Position numbers and translations under genes: made by a program. A stretch of 64,000 bases of DNA from a virus (Duplodnaviria > Caudoviricetes), in the IMG/VR virus record IMGVR_UViG_3300012344_000386, positions 96,001-160,000 of that record; one strand, written 5' to 3'. Below the pieces are notes generated by a model, which ran no database searches, had not been told where the DNA came from, and saw nothing but the letters and a program-made list of their open reading frames with translations. Of the stretch, positions 1 through 9,499 are shown one piece after another. Within the stretch, counting starts at the first letter, position 1, and the number at the start of each line of letters is the position of its first letter.

Positions 1-697
1 TATACAATCCATTACTTAATTTATTTGGACATCCTTTTAAACTTTCAAATGAAGGTAATGAAACTAATACAATTCTCTCTACTGAATCTGGAATTCCTTC
101 TAAATCTACTATTTTCTTACATTTAATTAACTATATAAATCCAACATTATCTGGAATTCCATTAAATGAAGTAAACATATTACAATTTTCTATATAAAGA
201 TGCTCTATTGATTTACATGTATTACTTAATCCTTTCAATGAACGTATTTTACAATTAATAAGCGATAATACACCTAATTTCTCTGGTAATTGTACATTTA
301 AATCTTTTTCCTTACATCCTTTTATATTTAATGTCCCATCTATTTCTTTAGGTAAATTAATAAAGTCTGCAAATTCTACAGTATTACAAGTTATTTTATT
401 AATTTTAACATAATCTGGAATAGAATTCATAAATTTTGCAACTTGTACATTAAATTTTAAATTACAATGTAATCCATCTGATTCAAATGTATATTCAATA
501 TCATTACCTTCATCACATTTAAATGATGTTCCATATTTACAAATAATATTATCTAACAACCATTCTTTAATTTTAGGTTTATCTTCCGTTTCAATTATCT
601 ATTGAGATACATTATTTGAATTATCTGAATTTGATAAAATTTCATCATCAAAATCATCAAATAATCCCTCCATTAATTTCTTAATTAATTTATTCAT
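1..697 (-). CDS. Leucine-rich-repeat-like protein (LxGxP repeats), TAG-recoded, truncated by the window edge
   Basis: ATG at 697; in-frame TAG at 599-601 and 131-133 extend track ORF 131..559. Repeats SLKGLS/SFNGIP/DLEGIP/SLKGCP; leader MNKLIKKLMEGLFDDFDDEIL. Confidence 0.75.
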
Positions 698-719
698 TTA
701 ATAAAAATTAACATTTAAA

Positions 720-727
720 TATTTATT
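720..727 (-). promoter_or_regulatory. Putative late promoter AATAAATA (T4 TATAAATA-like)
   Basis: About 23 nt upstream of a TAG-containing gene; the same octamer precedes nine other late-type genes. Confidence 0.5.
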
Positions 728-731
728 AAAA

Positions 732-767
732 TAATAGGATGATATATTAGTTTATATCATCCTATTA
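732..767. terminator. Intrinsic terminator hairpin
   Basis: 15-bp perfect inverted repeat TAATAGGATGATATA/TATATCATCCTATTA just after the 771..1532 stop. Confidence 0.75.
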
Positions 768-770
768 ATA

Positions 771-1532
771 TTATTTCTTAATGTTAATTATCCACCCATA
801 ATTAAAGTATCTATTTACAACTTTAACTTGTGTATTAGCAGGTAAATCCCAATGTTTTATCATTCTAATAATAGAGTGAATATTAAGATTTTTCTTTTTC
901 CTAATATCCATCATATTAGATGTAAATGGTAATGATTCAATCCAATTAGTCCAATAATTATACTCCTGATTTGCTTCCCACATTATATCATTACCTGATA
1001 AATCTCGAAGTTCAACAAACCACCAAGATTTCCTACTTTCTTTATATACTTTCTTATTACTATGTCTATCAGTATAAATAAAATTATATCTTGGTTTCCA
1101 ATTAGGTTTTTCAATTACCTTATAATGAAAATTCTTCCCTAATCCATTTCTCTGATATGTATCATGTTCAGATCTATAATTCTTTATTTGATTATATTCT
1201 TCACCATATTGTTCTTTTAACCTATTTTGAATAAAATCAATAGGGCAATTTCTTATAAGCCAAATATCGAAATATGTTGATGTATTCCAAAGAGGAATTT
1301 CAAAATGTTTTTCAGCGTCTTCCTTTGATTCATTATATGTTTTTATATGTCGTTGAATAATTTCATTTTTCCAACTATTGAATTCTTCTTCTGTTATATC
1401 AGGATACATAAGGAAATCAATAGCATTATACACTAATCCATTTTTTAATTCTACTTTTTTATCTTTACACCAATCTCTAACTTGTATAAACTGCTGATAA
1501 TCAGATATATATGTTTTATCTATGTAAGCCAT
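771..1532 (-). CDS. Hypothetical protein
   Basis: Intact 253-aa TAG-free ORF, last gene of an early operon. Confidence 0.8.
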   Translation of the reverse strand: MAYIDKTYISDYQQFIQVRDWCKDKKVELKNGLVYNAIDFLMYPDITEEEFNSWKNEIIQRHIKTYNESKEDAEKHFEIPLWNTSTYFDIWLIRNCPIDFIQNRLKEQYGEEYNQIKNYRSEHDTYQRNGLGKNFHYKVIEKPNWKPRYNFIYTDRHSNKKVYKESRKSWWFVELRDLSGNDIMWEANQEYNYWTNWIESLPFTSNMMDIRKKKNLNIHSIIRMIKHWDLPANTQVKVVNRYFNYGWIINIKK

Positions 1533-1535
1533 AAC

Positions 1536-1700
1536 TTATTCCTCCTTATCTTCTTCTAGATCTTCAGATTTTATATCACCTTTTAAAAATGGTTCTTGAG
1601 GATCTACTAATGGAGCTTTCTTAATAGCATATGTTAGCCATACAAAACAAACCAATGTAAATGCTGTATATATAATACAGATCCAACTTATAAAATTCAT
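1536..1700 (-). CDS. Small membrane protein (54 aa)
   Basis: MNFISWICIIYTAFTLVCFVWLTYAIKKAP...; single hydrophobic helix; fills the gap between neighbours. Confidence 0.65.
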   Translation of the reverse strand: MNFISWICIIYTAFTLVCFVWLTYAIKKAPLVDPQEPFLKGDIKSEDLEEDKEE

Positions 1701-1719
1701 AATCATATTTTGTTAATTA

Positions 1720-2172
1720 TTAATATTTAGATAATAGATAAATTATTGTATTCAATGAATTAATATGTTCATCTATTTGTGTTTTTATTTCATCAGTTCT
1801 ATCTGAATAAATTTTTCTCAGCATCTCAATATTTTCAAGTCTAGTATACATATATTTATGTAGATTATCCTTTAATTTGGTATACTTATCATAATTTTGA
1901 ATATCAGATAAAGGATCAAGTTGAATAAGTTTACCATTTAAAACGGTAAAATATCCTTTTACTTGTCCTCTAATTCCGTCTTCTACGAAATAAGATTTAT
2001 CACTATTATCAGGCTTTACTGAATAACCCGCGTATGTTCCAAGAAAGAATTTACCAGATAACCTATTTAAAAAATAACATTCTTTATATGCTTCAATAAA
2101 TTGGTCTGAATAATTATTTTCTTTTTGATGTTCTTTCAACCAATCATATACTTCAAAATTTATCCGCTCCAT
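1720..2172 (-). CDS. Hypothetical protein
   Basis: Intact 150-aa ORF in operon. Confidence 0.75.
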   Translation of the reverse strand: MERINFEVYDWLKEHQKENNYSDQFIEAYKECYFLNRLSGKFFLGTYAGYSVKPDNSDKSYFVEDGIRGQVKGYFTVLNGKLIQLDPLSDIQNYDKYTKLKDNLHKYMYTRLENIEMLRKIYSDRTDEIKTQIDEHINSLNTIIYLLSKY

Positions 2173-2173
2173 T

Positions 2174-2395
2174 TTATTCTATTATATTATTATTTTCTAA
2201 TCTCTTTACTTTATTTTCAAGTAATTCCACTCTACTTACTAATGATGTAATTCTTTCATTAACTTTTTTTAATCTGGATGAATCGCTTTTATCTTTACCC
2301 CAGAATGTTTGCTCTACTTCCGATGTATGCTTAGAATCATATATCGCATAAACAGTTATGCAAATAACAATTACAATAATAACAAATCCTGCCAT
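2174..2395 (-). CDS. Small membrane-anchored coiled-coil protein
   Basis: N-terminal TM segment, C-terminal heptads (LVSRVELLENKVKRLE). Confidence 0.7.
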   Translation of the reverse strand: MAGFVIIVIVICITVYAIYDSKHTSEVEQTFWGKDKSDSSRLKKVNERITSLVSRVELLENKVKRLENNNIIE

Positions 2396-2402
2396 GTTTA
2401 CA

Positions 2403-3065
2403 TTATTTCCATTTTATATAACCGTATAAACAATTTAATGTCCAAAATATGAATTGAATTACCATTATCCAATTATCAGCGATTCCCCACATAAATATAG
2501 ATACAATATCAATTATAATCCAAAATATCCATTGTTCCCTATATCTCATCATCAATAATGTTTGTGCTATAAATGCCGGTATTGTAGAAAAAGCATCCAT
2601 ATATGGTTGTGTATTATCTGTATAATTACTCATATAATACCCAAATAAAATACACAATAAAATCATTATACTACTTATTATACTTAACTGTATATTAGAA
2701 AGTCTTTTAGATTCTACTATTTGTTCATCCTTATTATAATTCTTTAACCATGTAACAATACCTATAATCATGGTAATTATATAGAATATATTTTCTACTA
2801 ATTCACCATAAAATTTCTGCTGCCATGCTAAATACATATAAGTAAATAATTGTATAAATCCAAAGAAATAAAATGAAATTTTTCTCTGTGAACATAATAC
2901 AACAGATATAATACCTGTTACTCCAGATATTAATGAAATCATTGTATCGTTTGTAATATAATATACAATAAATTGTAATATTATACCTACAAGAAGAAAC
3001 ATATGTTCAAATATGTTTCTTCCTTTTATAAACTCTGTATATAAAATATTATTAATACTTTTCAT
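2403..3065 (-). CDS. pnuC: PnuC-family nicotinamide riboside transporter
   Basis: Multi-TM 220 aa with PYMDAFST, AQTLLM and EQWIFWIIIDIVSI PnuC motifs; overlaps nadR. Confidence 0.9.
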   Translation of the reverse strand: MKSINNILYTEFIKGRNIFEHMFLLVGIILQFIVYYITNDTMISLISGVTGIISVVLCSQRKISFYFFGFIQLFTYMYLAWQQKFYGELVENIFYIITMIIGIVTWLKNYNKDEQIVESKRLSNIQLSIISSIMILLCILFGYYMSNYTDNTQPYMDAFSTIPAFIAQTLLMMRYREQWIFWIIIDIVSIFMWGIADNWIMVIQFIFWTLNCLYGYIKWK

Positions 3066-4209
3066 AGAGTGTATTTATATAATTCTTTACATAATCAAAA
3101 TGTTCAAGATATGTACCATCTAGTTCTATAACCTTATGAAGTAAATCAAAGTCCTCCAATAGTTTAACAAGAATATGATAATTTTTCATACGTTCTTCAA
3201 TAGAACTTTGCTCCATATAACGTGTTCCATCATCGACAAATGTATTATGTGGTTTGATAAGATAAATTACATCCCAATCTACATTAGTCTGCAATGATTT
3301 TGCAAGTGGTAACAATATATCATTATATTCTTTTTCAGTAATCTGCATGTTCTTATCCATTGTATATGCTTTCGCATACATAAGAGTAACGAGATTATCA
3401 GTATCAGAAATAATAACACCTTTATTCTTATCACTGTTAAGCGCATCAAAATAATATTGTCTTTGTCCTATAAGGAATTCAACAAAATCGTTTACTGTAA
3501 TATCTGGATCTAACATACAATGTTTCGCCATATAATCCCTACCAAATTCAGTAGTATATGGAACCTGAAAATAATTACCAATATCTTTTACAAGAGTTGA
3601 TTTGCCTTCTGATGCTGTTCCTAATACAAGAATCTTCTTTGTTAGTTTTGGTTTGAATGTAGATACAATCTTATTCCAGTAAAGTTGTGGTCTTTGACGT
3701 ATAAGAGTTGCAGAAATATCATTACTTCTGTTAGAAGGTGAATTGCTGTCATATCCTACCAATACAACATTATAATTTAATTTCTCTAATGATTTAACAT
3801 AAAACTTCTCGCCAACATAAAAAGTAAGTTTCAACTCAAATGCGTTAATAGTATCGTCTACTGTAAAAGGCCAATTATCTTTATGGTCTAAAACTTTGTT
3901 AACAATAAGTTTCTTCACATAATCAGTCCATACTTTCCAATTATGTTCAGACATACTTTCATCAATACCTAATTCTGTATCATTAACAGTAACAACTTTT
4001 ATAATCTCATCGCCTTTAAAATATTCTCTAATAAGTCGTTCTCGTTGCTTTATATTCAAACCTATTTCATTTGCACGTGGTTCATCTGTATATCCACATA
4101 CAACAACATAAACAATATCTGATTCTTTCTTTGCTCGCATAATAACATCAAGATGACCTTGATGCATTGGACAATATCCGCCAAAACAAATTCCTATATT
4201 CTTACTCAT
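3052..4209 (-). CDS. nadR: NadR-like bifunctional NMN adenylyltransferase / ribosylnicotinamide kinase
   Basis: HxGH motif (PMHQGH), ISAT motif, P-loop GTASEGKST, EFGR, DTD, DDGTR; no HTH domain. Confidence 0.9.
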   Translation of the reverse strand: MSKNIGICFGGYCPMHQGHLDVIMRAKKESDIVYVVVCGYTDEPRANEIGLNIKQRERLIREYFKGDEIIKVVTVNDTELGIDESMSEHNWKVWTDYVKKLIVNKVLDHKDNWPFTVDDTINAFELKLTFYVGEKFYVKSLEKLNYNVVLVGYDSNSPSNRSNDISATLIRQRPQLYWNKIVSTFKPKLTKKILVLGTASEGKSTLVKDIGNYFQVPYTTEFGRDYMAKHCMLDPDITVNDFVEFLIGQRQYYFDALNSDKNKGVIISDTDNLVTLMYAKAYTMDKNMQITEKEYNDILLPLAKSLQTNVDWDVIYLIKPHNTFVDDGTRYMEQSSIEERMKNYHILVKLLEDFDLLHKVIELDGTYLEHFDYVKNYINTLYEKY

Positions 4210-4229
4210 TTTTATTAAATTTAAATATA

Positions 4230-4643
4230 TTAATCTATTTCTATTTCAATAAAAGATTTCATCTCAAAAGAATAAGAACCTTCATTGTGAGTAGCATCCC
4301 ACCAACAATCTTCATTATTATCTCCTATCCATATTTTTTCTGAATAATTAGGAATAAGAAGAAATGTACGTTCCCATCCCCAATTCTCATCATATTCTAC
4401 AAATATCTTTGTATTAGTAGGAATATGAATGAATGTGTCATGCATAAATATATGTGAATTTACATCATAAATGATGTCATACATATTAAAATGAATTTTA
4501 ATACCTTGTTTAATAGGTTTCTTATTCTTTATTCTATCTATTAATTCATCTATAGTTATCATCTCATCAGGAAAGTTTCCAGATTCAATTTCAAAAGGAT
4601 CAATCTCTACTACATTAACTAATTCATGATTTATATAATACAT
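4230..4643 (-). CDS. Hypothetical protein (similar in size and pattern to 35951..36307)
   Basis: Intact ORF directly after an early promoter. Confidence 0.75.
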   Translation of the reverse strand: MYYINHELVNVVEIDPFEIESGNFPDEMITIDELIDRIKNKKPIKQGIKIHFNMYDIIYDVNSHIFMHDTFIHIPTNTKIFVEYDENWGWERTFLLIPNYSEKIWIGDNNEDCWWDATHNEGSYSFEMKSFIEIEID

Positions 4644-4683
4644 AATTAATAATTCAACTTTATTTTACTTATAATTTATATTT

Positions 4684-4691
4684 CAAAGATA
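4684..4691 (-). promoter_or_regulatory. Early promoter, Bacteroidota sigma-A -7 box TATCTTTG
   Basis: Matches TAnnTTTG; drives the nadR-pnuC operon. Confidence 0.75.
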
Positions 4692-4710
4692 CACATTTTA
4701 TTTTAAATAA

Positions 4711-4743
4711 AAAAGTCTATAATGAAAACCATTATAGACTTTT
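4711..4743. terminator. Intrinsic terminator closing the ncRNA array
   Basis: AAAAGTCTATAATG/CATTATAGACTTTT inverted repeat. Confidence 0.75.
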
Positions 4744-4765
4744 AGAAAATAAACAAAACAAATTA

Positions 4766-4848
4766 AAAATAACTTAATTCTGTCTTATCATCTTGGTTTG
4801 ATTTTATATGTCATTAGTTTGATGTAGTAACATATATTAAGTTATTTT
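4766..4848 (-). ncRNA. Putative stem-closed small RNA
   Basis: 13-bp terminal complement AAAATAACTTAAT/ATTAAGTTATTTT in a non-coding tract. Confidence 0.35.
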
Positions 4849-4870
4849 CAAACAATTAAAAATTCAATAA

Positions 4871-5025
4871 AAATACATATAATGATGTTACCATACGTTC
4901 ATCCTTTTACAGCTCCTACGTTAAGATAATTCTGTTATGTTTTATCTGTTATTATGATCACTTATAACATTAGACATAATTTGCTCACCTTCTCTTACTC
5001 GCTCTTCGTGAGAATATATGTATTT
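4871..5025 (-). ncRNA. Putative stem-closed structured RNA
   Basis: 11-bp terminal complement AAATACATATA/TATATGTATTT; internal CTCAC/GTGAG hairpin with a purine-rich loop. Confidence 0.4.
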
Positions 5026-5032
5026 AAATTTG

Positions 5033-5124
5033 TTTATAAGAGGGAGTCGAACCCTTAATAACCTCATACCGTTAATCCCTTCTCGATTTATCATCGAGCG
5101 TGCATTCCCGCTACACTATTATAA
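5033..5124 (-). ncRNA. Non-canonical tRNA-like RNA
   Basis: TTATAA acceptor ends, D-arm GTGTA..TGCAC, stem CTCGA-TGATAAA-TCGAG, long variable region, T-arm AGGG-TTCGACT-CCCT; anticodon loop lacks U33. Confidence 0.55.
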
Positions 5125-5345
5125 TTTTTACATTTAATATCAATCCAAAAATTATCTACAAATAATTTTCTTCAATCTTTTAAACGTCAACTACTAATAT
5201 AATTGCAGTTATACTTTCGCCTTAGTAACTATACATTAATTAGTTACTTCAATCTCTTGATTATCATTTTAAGAATTATCATAATTTCTTATACTATAAT
5301 AATATCTATGTTAGATAATTGCATCCTTTTCATTATTATAAGGAG

Positions 5346-5443
5346 TGGTTATGGAGGGACTCGAACTCGTCACCGCAATACCTTTCTTCCATTGATATTA
5401 AAATATCAATTAGATACCTCATTAACCATTATGTAACATAACC
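5346..5443 (-). ncRNA. Non-canonical tRNA-like RNA
   Basis: Perfect 7-bp acceptor GGTTATG/CATAACC, D-loop AATGGTTA, T-loop TTCGAGT; anticodon arm replaced by a long AT hairpin. Confidence 0.55.
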
Positions 5444-5448
5444 AAAAT

Positions 5449-5518
5449 AGATACGATTTTTAACAGTTTCCATTTTTATTTCGAAATTATTATATGGACT
5501 TGTACTGACGACGTATCT
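5449..5518 (-). ncRNA. Putative stem-closed small RNA
   Basis: AGATACG/CGTATCT terminal complement, 70 nt. Confidence 0.3.
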
Positions 5519-5652
5519 TCTTTTTCATTGTTTCTCAACAATATAGTCAGATTAAAAATGCACAACTAAAAATCCAAACACACCGGCTCCGTTGGAATAC
5601 TCCTCATGCTCATATGAGACATTTCGTTAATTCTCATATGAATGTTAAATAA

Positions 5653-5764
5653 TGATACATAACCGATGAAGGTTTTTCAACTATTACCGAGACTATTCGT
5701 TATCACGACTTACGAACCATGAGGTTACCGAACTCATGTTACCTATGGCTTATAGGTTGTATCA
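5653..5764 (-). ncRNA. Multi-hairpin small RNA right after an early promoter
   Basis: TGATACA/TGTATCA closing stem; hairpins ACCTAT/ATAGGT, CATGAG/CTCATG, TTCGT/ACGAA. Confidence 0.5.
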
Positions 5765-5785
5765 CCATTTTTATTTCTTACAATA

Positions 5786-5793
5786 CAAAGATA
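5786..5793 (-). promoter_or_regulatory. Early promoter TATCTTTG pointing into the non-coding array
   Basis: Same TGTGTATCTTTG context as other early promoters; no credible ORF follows before the terminator at 4711. Confidence 0.7.
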
Positions 5794-5850
5794 CACATTC
5801 TTTTTTAATTAAAAAAATAATTATGAATCTTTTTTTAATTTTTTATTTAG

Positions 5851-6129
5851 ACAGTATATAGGGAATCGAACCCAGAATGTTATATTGGTCCGCCATATTA
5901 TTATGGTTACATTCTAATTGCAATTATTCACCATAATCTCAAATGGTATATATGTTATATATGCGTATTAACCTTTTGCAATATTAGTCTTTACTATATA
6001 ACATATAACTCTTATATTGTTTCGTGAGTAACGATTAACACTTTCAGTACCATTACTGAAATACATATAGTCTTACTAGATATGCACTATTTTATTATCA
6101 TGTACTTAGATAACAAAATTATATACTGT
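5851..6129 (-). ncRNA. About 280-nt structured RNA with tRNA-like acceptor stem and T-arm
   Basis: 10-bp ACAGTATATA/TATATACTGT closing stem preceded by GGG-TTCGATT-CCC; about seven internal hairpins. Confidence 0.6.
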
Positions 6130-6141
6130 ATATTTTTTATA

Positions 6142-6654
6142 TTAAATATTACGTATAAAGTCTAATAATAAAGGATCTTGTACTGTAAATTTAATATTTC
6201 TTATTTCATATTTCGTTAATGTCATTCTATATTTCTTATTATGTTGAATCTTATAATATTCTTTCATATCTATATTAACAGGGCAATGTTTACTGTTAAC
6301 ACGAAATACTTGCCAATAACAATTATTATAATGTTTCTTATTCAAATTGTCTGCAATATCACGCAAATAAAACCAAATCCATTGGTTTGGAGAATTTGGA
6401 TTCATATAAGCATCAGGAATATAATCATGTGCAAAAGAAGCTTTTCTACCACCATTTTCTTTTAGATATTTCTTTGCTTTTTTCTTTCTCTCAGGAAAAT
6501 CTCGATTCTTCCACGGAAAATCTCCTTTACTTACAGAATACAACTGTACTCTCTCATCATCACATCCCATAGAGAATGAATTCTCTACATAACCACAATA
6601 TGATTCATCAAGTGCATTATATCCTAAAATAATATAAAATTTATTATTTTTCAT
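6142..6654 (-). CDS. Hypothetical protein
   Basis: Intact 170-aa ORF in operon. Confidence 0.75.
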   Translation of the reverse strand: MKNNKFYIILGYNALDESYCGYVENSFSMGCDDERVQLYSVSKGDFPWKNRDFPERKKKAKKYLKENGGRKASFAHDYIPDAYMNPNSPNQWIWFYLRDIADNLNKKHYNNCYWQVFRVNSKHCPVNIDMKEYYKIQHNKKYRMTLTKYEIRNIKFTVQDPLLLDFIRNI

Positions 6655-7054
6655 AATTATATTTCTTTATTAAATTAGATATTACTTTTTTAGTCACAAA
6701 ACATCCTATACTATATCCTATCATCAATGATATAAAATATAGTAATATATAAGGTCCTATAATATTCAATGTATTATCACTTAATATATAAATATCAATT
6801 CCAAAACATGCGAAAATTATACATAAGCCTAAATACAATAAAGGAATTCCAAGAAAACCTATTGGTGAAGCAAATAATACACATGGAATTATAAAACGAT
6901 TTCCACATTTAAATAATGGTGATAAATCATCTATAGGTCCTAACTTATATGTATATTCTTCACTATCTCCTTTTTCACCAAGAACTCCGCTAAAGAATCC
7001 TATAAAAATTCCATAGAATAAGACTATTATTGATATTATTTCTGTTAAAATCAT
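6644..7054 (-). CDS. Hypothetical membrane protein
   Basis: 3-4 hydrophobic segments. Confidence 0.75.
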   Translation of the reverse strand: MILTEIISIIVLFYGIFIGFFSGVLGEKGDSEEYTYKLGPIDDLSPLFKCGNRFIIPCVLFASPIGFLGIPLLYLGLCIIFACFGIDIYILSDNTLNIIGPYILLYFISLMIGYSIGCFVTKKVISNLIKKYNYEK

Positions 7055-7057
7055 ATA

Positions 7058-8065
7058 TTAATCTCCTTCATGAATAATATAAGTTTCACCTTCATATTTA
7101 ATGACTTCATTCTCATCAAAATCATCAAAATCAATCTGTTCTGGATCAATAACATGCTGAATGTAAATACCACTCCAACCATTAGGTCCAACACAACCAT
7201 AAGTACCATTAAGAATATTAAAAGACTCAATAATCTTTTTTAATTCTTTCTTCTGATTTTCAGATAAAATATTATTCTTATTGTACTTACCACAAATGTC
7301 GATAGCAAAAGATTTTGTTTCATCTGGAAGATCAGACTTCATAATAGCATTATGAACTTTTTCAAAAGTTTCTGGTTTAAATCCACCATATTCAACACCG
7401 GTTGCACTCTTTGCATATTCCTGTTTAATGACCTTCAATAAATCATCATAATAAGAATCTCTTGCACATATTGAAGTAAACCCAATATCGTTATTGATAA
7501 AGAACAAATTATCAATATCTCTATCATCCCACTTACCAGTCGAACGAAGAATGTTACGAACAAGTTCCAACTCATATGAATCTACTAGTTCTGTACCATC
7601 ATCCAAATCGTCTCTCTTATCATTCTTATTGAATACATTAAACTTTTCTTTAAGTTCTTTCAAGAAATATTCCTCTGTTTCATACAACTCTTCCACATCA
7701 GGAAGTGTACACTCATAATAAGTGGAATTTTCATCAATATATGAAAGTTTTACAGAAATAACATCATTCCAATTAATATCAATACAAGGATAATGACAAT
7801 CATCTGTAAATGCTCCGAGATATGTCTGCAATGGTCCATGTTTGAAGTCTTCTCCAAACTTACAATCCTTCCATGTATGCTTCCAATTTCTATTACCCAT
7901 ATATGATAAGAACAACAATACAAAATCATTCATCATATCAGCATCTACTGTTACCATTTTTGTTTCATAAGGTAACATATTATTATACTTGCCTTTAACA
8001 GTAATGATATATTTATTAAGCTTCGTTGCAGACTTACACATTTTCAAAATAAGTTTCTCTTCCAT
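7058..8065 (-). CDS. Hypothetical acidic protein
   Basis: Start moved to ATG 8065 (MEEKLILK) because the track start overlaps the early promoter. Confidence 0.75.
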   Translation of the reverse strand: MEEKLILKMCKSATKLNKYIITVKGKYNNMLPYETKMVTVDADMMNDFVLLFLSYMGNRNWKHTWKDCKFGEDFKHGPLQTYLGAFTDDCHYPCIDINWNDVISVKLSYIDENSTYYECTLPDVEELYETEEYFLKELKEKFNVFNKNDKRDDLDDGTELVDSYELELVRNILRSTGKWDDRDIDNLFFINNDIGFTSICARDSYYDDLLKVIKQEYAKSATGVEYGGFKPETFEKVHNAIMKSDLPDETKSFAIDICGKYNKNNILSENQKKELKKIIESFNILNGTYGCVGPNGWSGIYIQHVIDPEQIDFDDFDENEVIKYEGETYIIHEGD

Positions 8066-8093
8066 ATTATTTAATGTTTTAATTATTATATTA

Positions 8094-8101
8094 CAAAGAT
8101 A
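8094..8101 (-). promoter_or_regulatory. Early promoter TATCTTTG
   Basis: TAnnTTTG, 29 nt upstream of ATG 8065. Confidence 0.75.
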
Positions 8102-8169
8102 CACATATTTCTTTATATAAAAAAATGAACATTAAGTTTTATATCACCTAATGTTCATTTTAAATATTT

Positions 8170-9429
8170 TTAACTTTTATGTCTTGATGAAAAATCTAGT
8201 AATAACTATCCCTTTGAATTCCTCTTAAATTCAAGTTCTTTATTCGGTGTAATAGTTTTTGTTTCTATTTTTGTATTTGACTTTACCTAATAAGGTACAA
8301 TTTCAGGTTCTTCATCTATTGTTAATGGTTTAATAGATGAATATGTAATAGGTTTTTGTTCATCTTTCAATTCAATTATATCAATATCTTCTTTTATAAT
8401 AGATTTTAATTTTTGTTTATTATTATATTCATCTATTTTTAAATCTGTATCTACATTATTCTTTTCTTTCTATACATATGCAGAAATCTTATATTGTTCA
8501 ATTCTCATATGTTCATCATAAGGTCCTGCTATCATAATAAGTTTAAAAAATGTAGGAGTTATCTCTATTATTATAAACAACATTGTTATCATTAATGAAA
8601 CAATTTCTAAAGATGAATTCTATTTTCTTAAATTTGAAAACGCTTCATAACGTGCGCTAAATCCATCTTCTTTTAAATTATCAACTTTATCTTCAAACTT
8701 ATTGATATGTTGATTAACGTCATCTATTCTTTTCTATATAGTTGTTAATCTTTCTTTATGAAGTTTATCCCATTCAGATAATGACTATTTACATTGGTTA
8801 ACATAAATCTCTTTGTCTCTATATATAGATCCATGCCCAACCATACCAGATAATGCATTTCCCTCTGCTTCTTCCTTTAAATCTTTCTATGCTTTTTGTA
8901 AATCGTCTACCAGTTGTTTTCTTTCTTTTGATAACTAACTCTATTCAGTTTGTAATAATGAAATTGTTTTATAATCAGATGATTCATTCTTTGCTGAATT
9001 TATTCTCTCTATATTATCTTTCAATAACTATGATTCAATTCTATCATTAAATATCTTCATCTCGAGAGGTGTCGATATAACTATACCTAAAAATATTGCC
9101 ATTATAATTCTAGGAAGTGCTGCTTTTAATTTTCTCCAACTTATTGAATCTTTACCATCTGTATACATGGAATTAACAATAAATCTATCAAGGTTAAATA
9201 TAAGCAATCCCCAAAATATAGCGAATATAAAAGCAACAATAACATTACTGAATACAAAAAACATCGCATATCCACCAGAAATCATAGCCATTAATGCTGT
9301 GAATAAAATAGTTCCGCCACTACCAGCATATTTAGCATATTCACTCGGGTATAATCTTAATACATCTTTATTAACTCCTGCACATGTCCATAAAAACTCA
9401 TTTATATTCTATTCATTTAATTTACTCAT
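8170..9429 (-). CDS. DUF4407-like membrane/coiled-coil protein, TAG-recoded (419 aa)
   Basis: Open from ATG 9429 to TAA 8170 with 11 in-frame TAG; FLWTCAG..YAKYAGSGG, IFNLDRFIV, ISTPLEMKIF, IEITPTFFK motifs; exact TATAAATA at 9462-9469. Confidence 0.85.
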
Positions 9430-9471
9430 TTATCAAATTAGTTTTCAATTTTTCATTTCATTATTTATAAT

Positions 9472-9499
9472 AAACTTTTTCTTACATTAAAAATATGAA
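9472..9499 (+). promoter_or_regulatory. Putative middle promoter AAAC-N18-TATGAA
   Basis: Same 18-nt spacing as ten other sites. Confidence 0.45.

Noticed and set aside
5033-5124. Canonical tRNA-Ile/Tyr or TAG suppressor tRNA
   Set aside because: Anticodon loop TGATAAA lacks U33 and no CTA anticodon is present; kept only as tRNA-like.
4870-5345. Theta/HDV-like or hammerhead ribozymes downstream of the tRNA-like RNAs
   Set aside because: No recognisable nested pseudoknot or CUGANGA/GAAA core by eye; needs a motif search.
5203-5436. Track ORF (77 aa, +) in the ncRNA array
   Set aside because: Antisense to a tRNA-like element, TTG start, low-complexity Ile-rich translation.
5851-6129. tmRNA
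   Set aside because: No GGGG 5' end, no G3-U70 pair and no evident tag reading frame.
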